Assembly: GCA_964007735.1 (NCBI GenBank)
Contig: CAXGAI010000023.1
Span: forward strand, 49,687 to 69,686
DNA length: 20,000 nt
Origin: an uncultured Rhodopirellula sp.
Lineage (GTDB): Bacteria; Planctomycetota; Planctomycetia; Pirellulales; Pirellulaceae
Reading direction: 5' to 3'
Part shown: positions 17,514 to 20,000 of the stretch, piece by piece
Position numbering within the stretch: position 1 is the stretch's first letter
How the letters are laid out: every line of letters starts with the position of its first letter
Translations under genes and position numbers: made by a program
The notes under the pieces: model-generated
What the model was told of the DNA's origin: nothing
Seen by the model: the letters and a program-made list of their open reading frames with translations, nothing else
Databases searched by the model: none

Positions 17514-18428
17514 ATGACCTACCAGAATTCTCGCCGACATTTCCTTCAGACCGCAGCAGCATCTGCAGCCACCGTATCATTAGCCGGGAACACCTTGGCA
17601 ACTCGAGTTTCCACGGGCGCCGAATTAAAGGGACAACTGTTTAAGACCCTTAAGATTGGAATGGTCGGTGAAGGTAGCACACTAACCGCAAAGTTCAAAG
17701 CAGCCAAAGCCGCCGGATTTGCAGCAATCGAACTCAATGCTCCAGGGATTAACACGGTAGAAGTGAAACGTGCAATCGCCGAGAGTGGACTCCCCGTCGA
17801 TGGGAGCGTTTGCGGTTCACACTGGCAAATTCGACATACTGACAAAGATCCAGAAGTACGCGCCAAAGCCCTCGAAGACTTGACGAACGCGTTAATTCAG
17901 ACGGAGGCTGTCGGTGGAAAAACAGTCTTGCTCGTTGTTGGTCATGGCAATGACGGTCCCGAGGAGGAGATATGGGAGCGTAGCGTGGAGAATATCAGCA
18001 AGGCCCTACCACTTGCGGGACAACTCGGTGTAAGTATTGCTATCGAGAACGTATGGAATCAATTCTGTTACGACCATGGTGGCGATAGCAACCAAACCGC
18101 TGACAAATATGTGAAGTATGTCGACGAATTCAATTCGCCCCTCGTTGGTATGCAATTTGACATCGGCAACCATTGGAAATATGGGAGCATGGGCGACTGG
18201 ATTCGGCAACTGGGGAAACGAATTATCAAGCTCGATGTGAAAGGTTTCAGCCGCGAAAACAACCGCTTTACCAAGATTGGTGAGGGAGATCTCGATTTCG
18301 CTGACGTTTGTGATGCTTTATCAGAAATTAACTTCCACGGATGGTGTGCCGCGGAAGTCGGCGGTGGCAACATGGAACGTCTTGTTGAAATATCTAAAAA
18401 CATGGATCGGGCTTTTAACCTGTCCTAA
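17514..18428 (+). CDS. Tat-exported sugar phosphate isomerase/epimerase-family (xylose isomerase-like TIM barrel, AP_endonuc_2) protein
   Basis: Twin-arginine signal SRRHFLQ. Motifs AKAAGFAAIEL, AIENVWN, QFDIGNH, KLDVKGF, GEGDLDF, FHGWCAAEV. Confidence 0.9.
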   Translation: MTYQNSRRHFLQTAAASAATVSLAGNTLATRVSTGAELKGQLFKTLKIGMVGEGSTLTAKFKAAKAAGFAAIELNAPGINTVEVKRAIAESGLPVDGSVCGSHWQIRHTDKDPEVRAKALEDLTNALIQTEAVGGKTVLLVVGHGNDGPEEEIWERSVENISKALPLAGQLGVSIAIENVWNQFCYDHGGDSNQTADKYVKYVDEFNSPLVGMQFDIGNHWKYGSMGDWIRQLGKRIIKLDVKGFSRENNRFTKIGEGDLDFADVCDALSEINFHGWCAAEVGGGNMERLVEISKNMDRAFNLS

Positions 18429-18449
18429 ACGTTCTGAAAGCTGAATACG

Positions 18450-19187
18450 ATGCTAGGAACACTTTGCACGCTGTTTCTCCTATTACTGACAAGTACGGGA
18501 CACTCCGCTGAGCCTGGATTCAAAATACTTTTTGATGGTACCTCTCTCGACGGTTGGAAACACGCCGGGAACTGGGAAATACAGGATGACAAAAGCGTTC
18601 ATCGCACAGGGTCCGGGGGCTCACTTACCTATATTAATCAACGGGTCCCCGATGATTTTGAACTGTCATTTGAGTGGAAGGTAGGAAAAGGCGCAAATAG
18701 CGGAATCTATTACCGGCCCGGCCAATACGAGTACCAAATACTTCACAACCAGCTTCATCGTGATGGTCAAAATCCTCGGACAAGTGCGGCCTCGCTTTAT
18801 TTCTGTATGGCTCCGAGCCATGACGCGACCAAAAAGGCCGGCCAATGGAATTCGGGACGCGTTGTTTGCAAAGGCTCAGTCATCCAGCACTGGCTTAATG
18901 GTGAAAAAGTAATTGACTTCGACTACAGAGATCCGAAGTGGGCTTTTAATCTAGATCTGTTAAAAAAACGCGGTGCCGACTTAGCATCCCGTTCAGGCCA
19001 ACTCTCACTACAGGATCATGGAGACCCGGTCTGGTACCGAAACATCAAAATACGTGAAGTCGGTCCGGACGAGAATATTGGACACAAGACCGTTATCCCA
19101 GGAACAATTGGGCCGGAAGTACTGGAAGCAGAACGTAAAAAGCTACAAGGGATACTTGACCGCCGCGATCAGGCTAACAAGAAATAG
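18450..19187 (+). CDS. DUF1080 (3-keto-disaccharide hydrolase/lyase family) protein, exported
   Basis: Signal peptide; LFDGTSLDGW, DDFELSFEWK, NSGIYYR, EYQIL, QWNSGRV, HWLNGEKV, LSLQDHGDPVWYRNIKIRE. Confidence 0.9.
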   Translation: MLGTLCTLFLLLLTSTGHSAEPGFKILFDGTSLDGWKHAGNWEIQDDKSVHRTGSGGSLTYINQRVPDDFELSFEWKVGKGANSGIYYRPGQYEYQILHNQLHRDGQNPRTSAASLYFCMAPSHDATKKAGQWNSGRVVCKGSVIQHWLNGEKVIDFDYRDPKWAFNLDLLKKRGADLASRSGQLSLQDHGDPVWYRNIKIREVGPDENIGHKTVIPGTIGPEVLEAERKKLQGILDRRDQANKK

Positions 19188-19261
19188 GCTGTCTATCAGA
19201 TCGACCACCTCTTTTCCTCCACTAGCCACGGCTCTCATAAACTATTCATAGGGAACTAACG

Positions 19262-20000
19262 ATGGCACGTATTGCAGGGCTCCTCGTCTTCATCCTTACG
19301 ACTTCGCTTAACGCGCAAATCTTTACCGATGTCACGGCCAAAGCCAAACTAAATGGCTTCTCTGGCGCAACGGTATCTTTCGTCGACTTCAATAACGATG
19401 GGTTCCAAGACATCAATGCTGGCCCCCAGATTTGGATCAATAATGGTGACGGTACGTTTGTCCTATTGGACAATACGAGTTTGCCTGGCAATTGTGTTTG
19501 GGCGGACATTAACAACGATGGATACCAAGACGCCTTCTGTTACACTGGCCCCGGTTACCTGTTTCTTAATCAAGAGGGTACCTCATTAAAGGACATCAGC
19601 AATAACATACCTGACAGCCCCACCAAGGTAAGCCTTGGCGCCACCATGGGCGATTTCAACGGGGACGGGTTTGTCGACATTTACATTGGAGGTTATGAAA
19701 ACCCCGGCTACCTCCACGACGCTATGTATTTCAACAATGGAGATACGACGTTCAAAGAGGTCTGGCGAACTACCGGAACCACGATGCCGGCTCGAGGTAT
19801 CACGACTGCCGATTATGATGAAGATGGCGATCTCGATGTCTACGTCTCGAATTACCGATTGGTTGCAAATACACTTTGGCAAAATGACGGAAAGGGCCTT
19901 TTCAAGCAGGTCGAACGAGAATCAAAAGTTGACGGGGATGGTGACCTAGGTGCCTGGGGACACACCATCGGATCCAGCTTTGGCGATCTCAACAACGATG
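19262..20000 (+). CDS. Partial (runs off the right edge) FG-GAP/VCBS-repeat, CRTAC1/ASPIC-UnbV-like exported protein
   Basis: Not in the ORF track; read by hand from ATG 19262 with no stop to the window end. MARIAGLLVFILTTSLNA|QIFTDVT, with repeated Ca-binding blade motifs VDFNNDGFQDI, ADINNDGYQDA, GDFNGDGFVDIY, ADYDEDGDLDVY, GDLNND and N(N/D)GxxxF linkers. Confidence 0.88.
   Translation, partial: MARIAGLLVFILTTSLNAQIFTDVTAKAKLNGFSGATVSFVDFNNDGFQDINAGPQIWINNGDGTFVLLDNTSLPGNCVWADINNDGYQDAFCYTGPGYLFLNQEGTSLKDISNNIPDSPTKVSLGATMGDFNGDGFVDIYIGGYENPGYLHDAMYFNNGDTTFKEVWRTTGTTMPARGITTADYDEDGDLDVYVSNYRLVANTLWQNDGKGLFKQVERESKVDGDGDLGAWGHTIGSSFGDLNND

Noticed and set aside
18962..18968. Other homopolymer runs (A7 at 18962-18968, T7 near 6907, T7 at 14058-14064)
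   Set aside because: They are shorter, and reading frames stay intact across the coding ones, so there is no evidence of a frameshift.
19246..19949. ORF-track entries 19246..19515, 19353..19589, 19586..19882 and 19635..19949, and recurring 'aacgatgg / ggcgat' DNA motifs
   Set aside because: All are explained by the FG-GAP gene starting at 19262. The DNA recurrences encode DxNNDG protein repeats and are not a CRISPR or non-coding array.
1..20000. tRNA/rRNA genes, CRISPR arrays, transposases/integrases, defence systems, intrinsic terminators
   Set aside because: None seen by eye. Intergenic spaces are at most about 240 bp and lack these signatures, though no covariance-model search could be run.

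Overview
Gene-dense bacterial window, about 14 CDSs. The gene content (several Cys-type sulfatases, two DUF1080 proteins, a PQQ-like propeller protein, a PVC-type dehydrogenase/heme-protein family member, a Tat-exported TIM-barrel isomerase and an FG-GAP/CRTAC1-like protein) suggests Planctomycetota or another PVC-superphylum organism; this is an inference. The region looks like an exported carbohydrate de-decoration and catabolism locus. It holds a minus-strand operon (cupin, four sulfatases, a TPR-PhoD-like phosphoesterase, a PQQ-like propeller), a divergent N-sulfatase-like gene, a tandem SGNH esterase, an FMN alpha-hydroxy-acid dehydrogenase, and an isomerase/DUF1080/FG-GAP group. Two long genes that run off the window edges are missing from the ORF track: <1..2155 (-) and 19262..>20000 (+). 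The most notable signal is at 2134-2146. The DUF1080 ORF ends in TCA AAA AAA AAG TAA (an A9 run containing the A_AAA_AAG heptamer), and the -1 frame continues for more than 710 codons with no plausible start of its own. The two parts are therefore one gene split by a frameshift, which could be programmed slippage or frameshifting, a real mutation, or a homopolymer sequencing error. I saw no RNA genes, CRISPR arrays or mobile elements.
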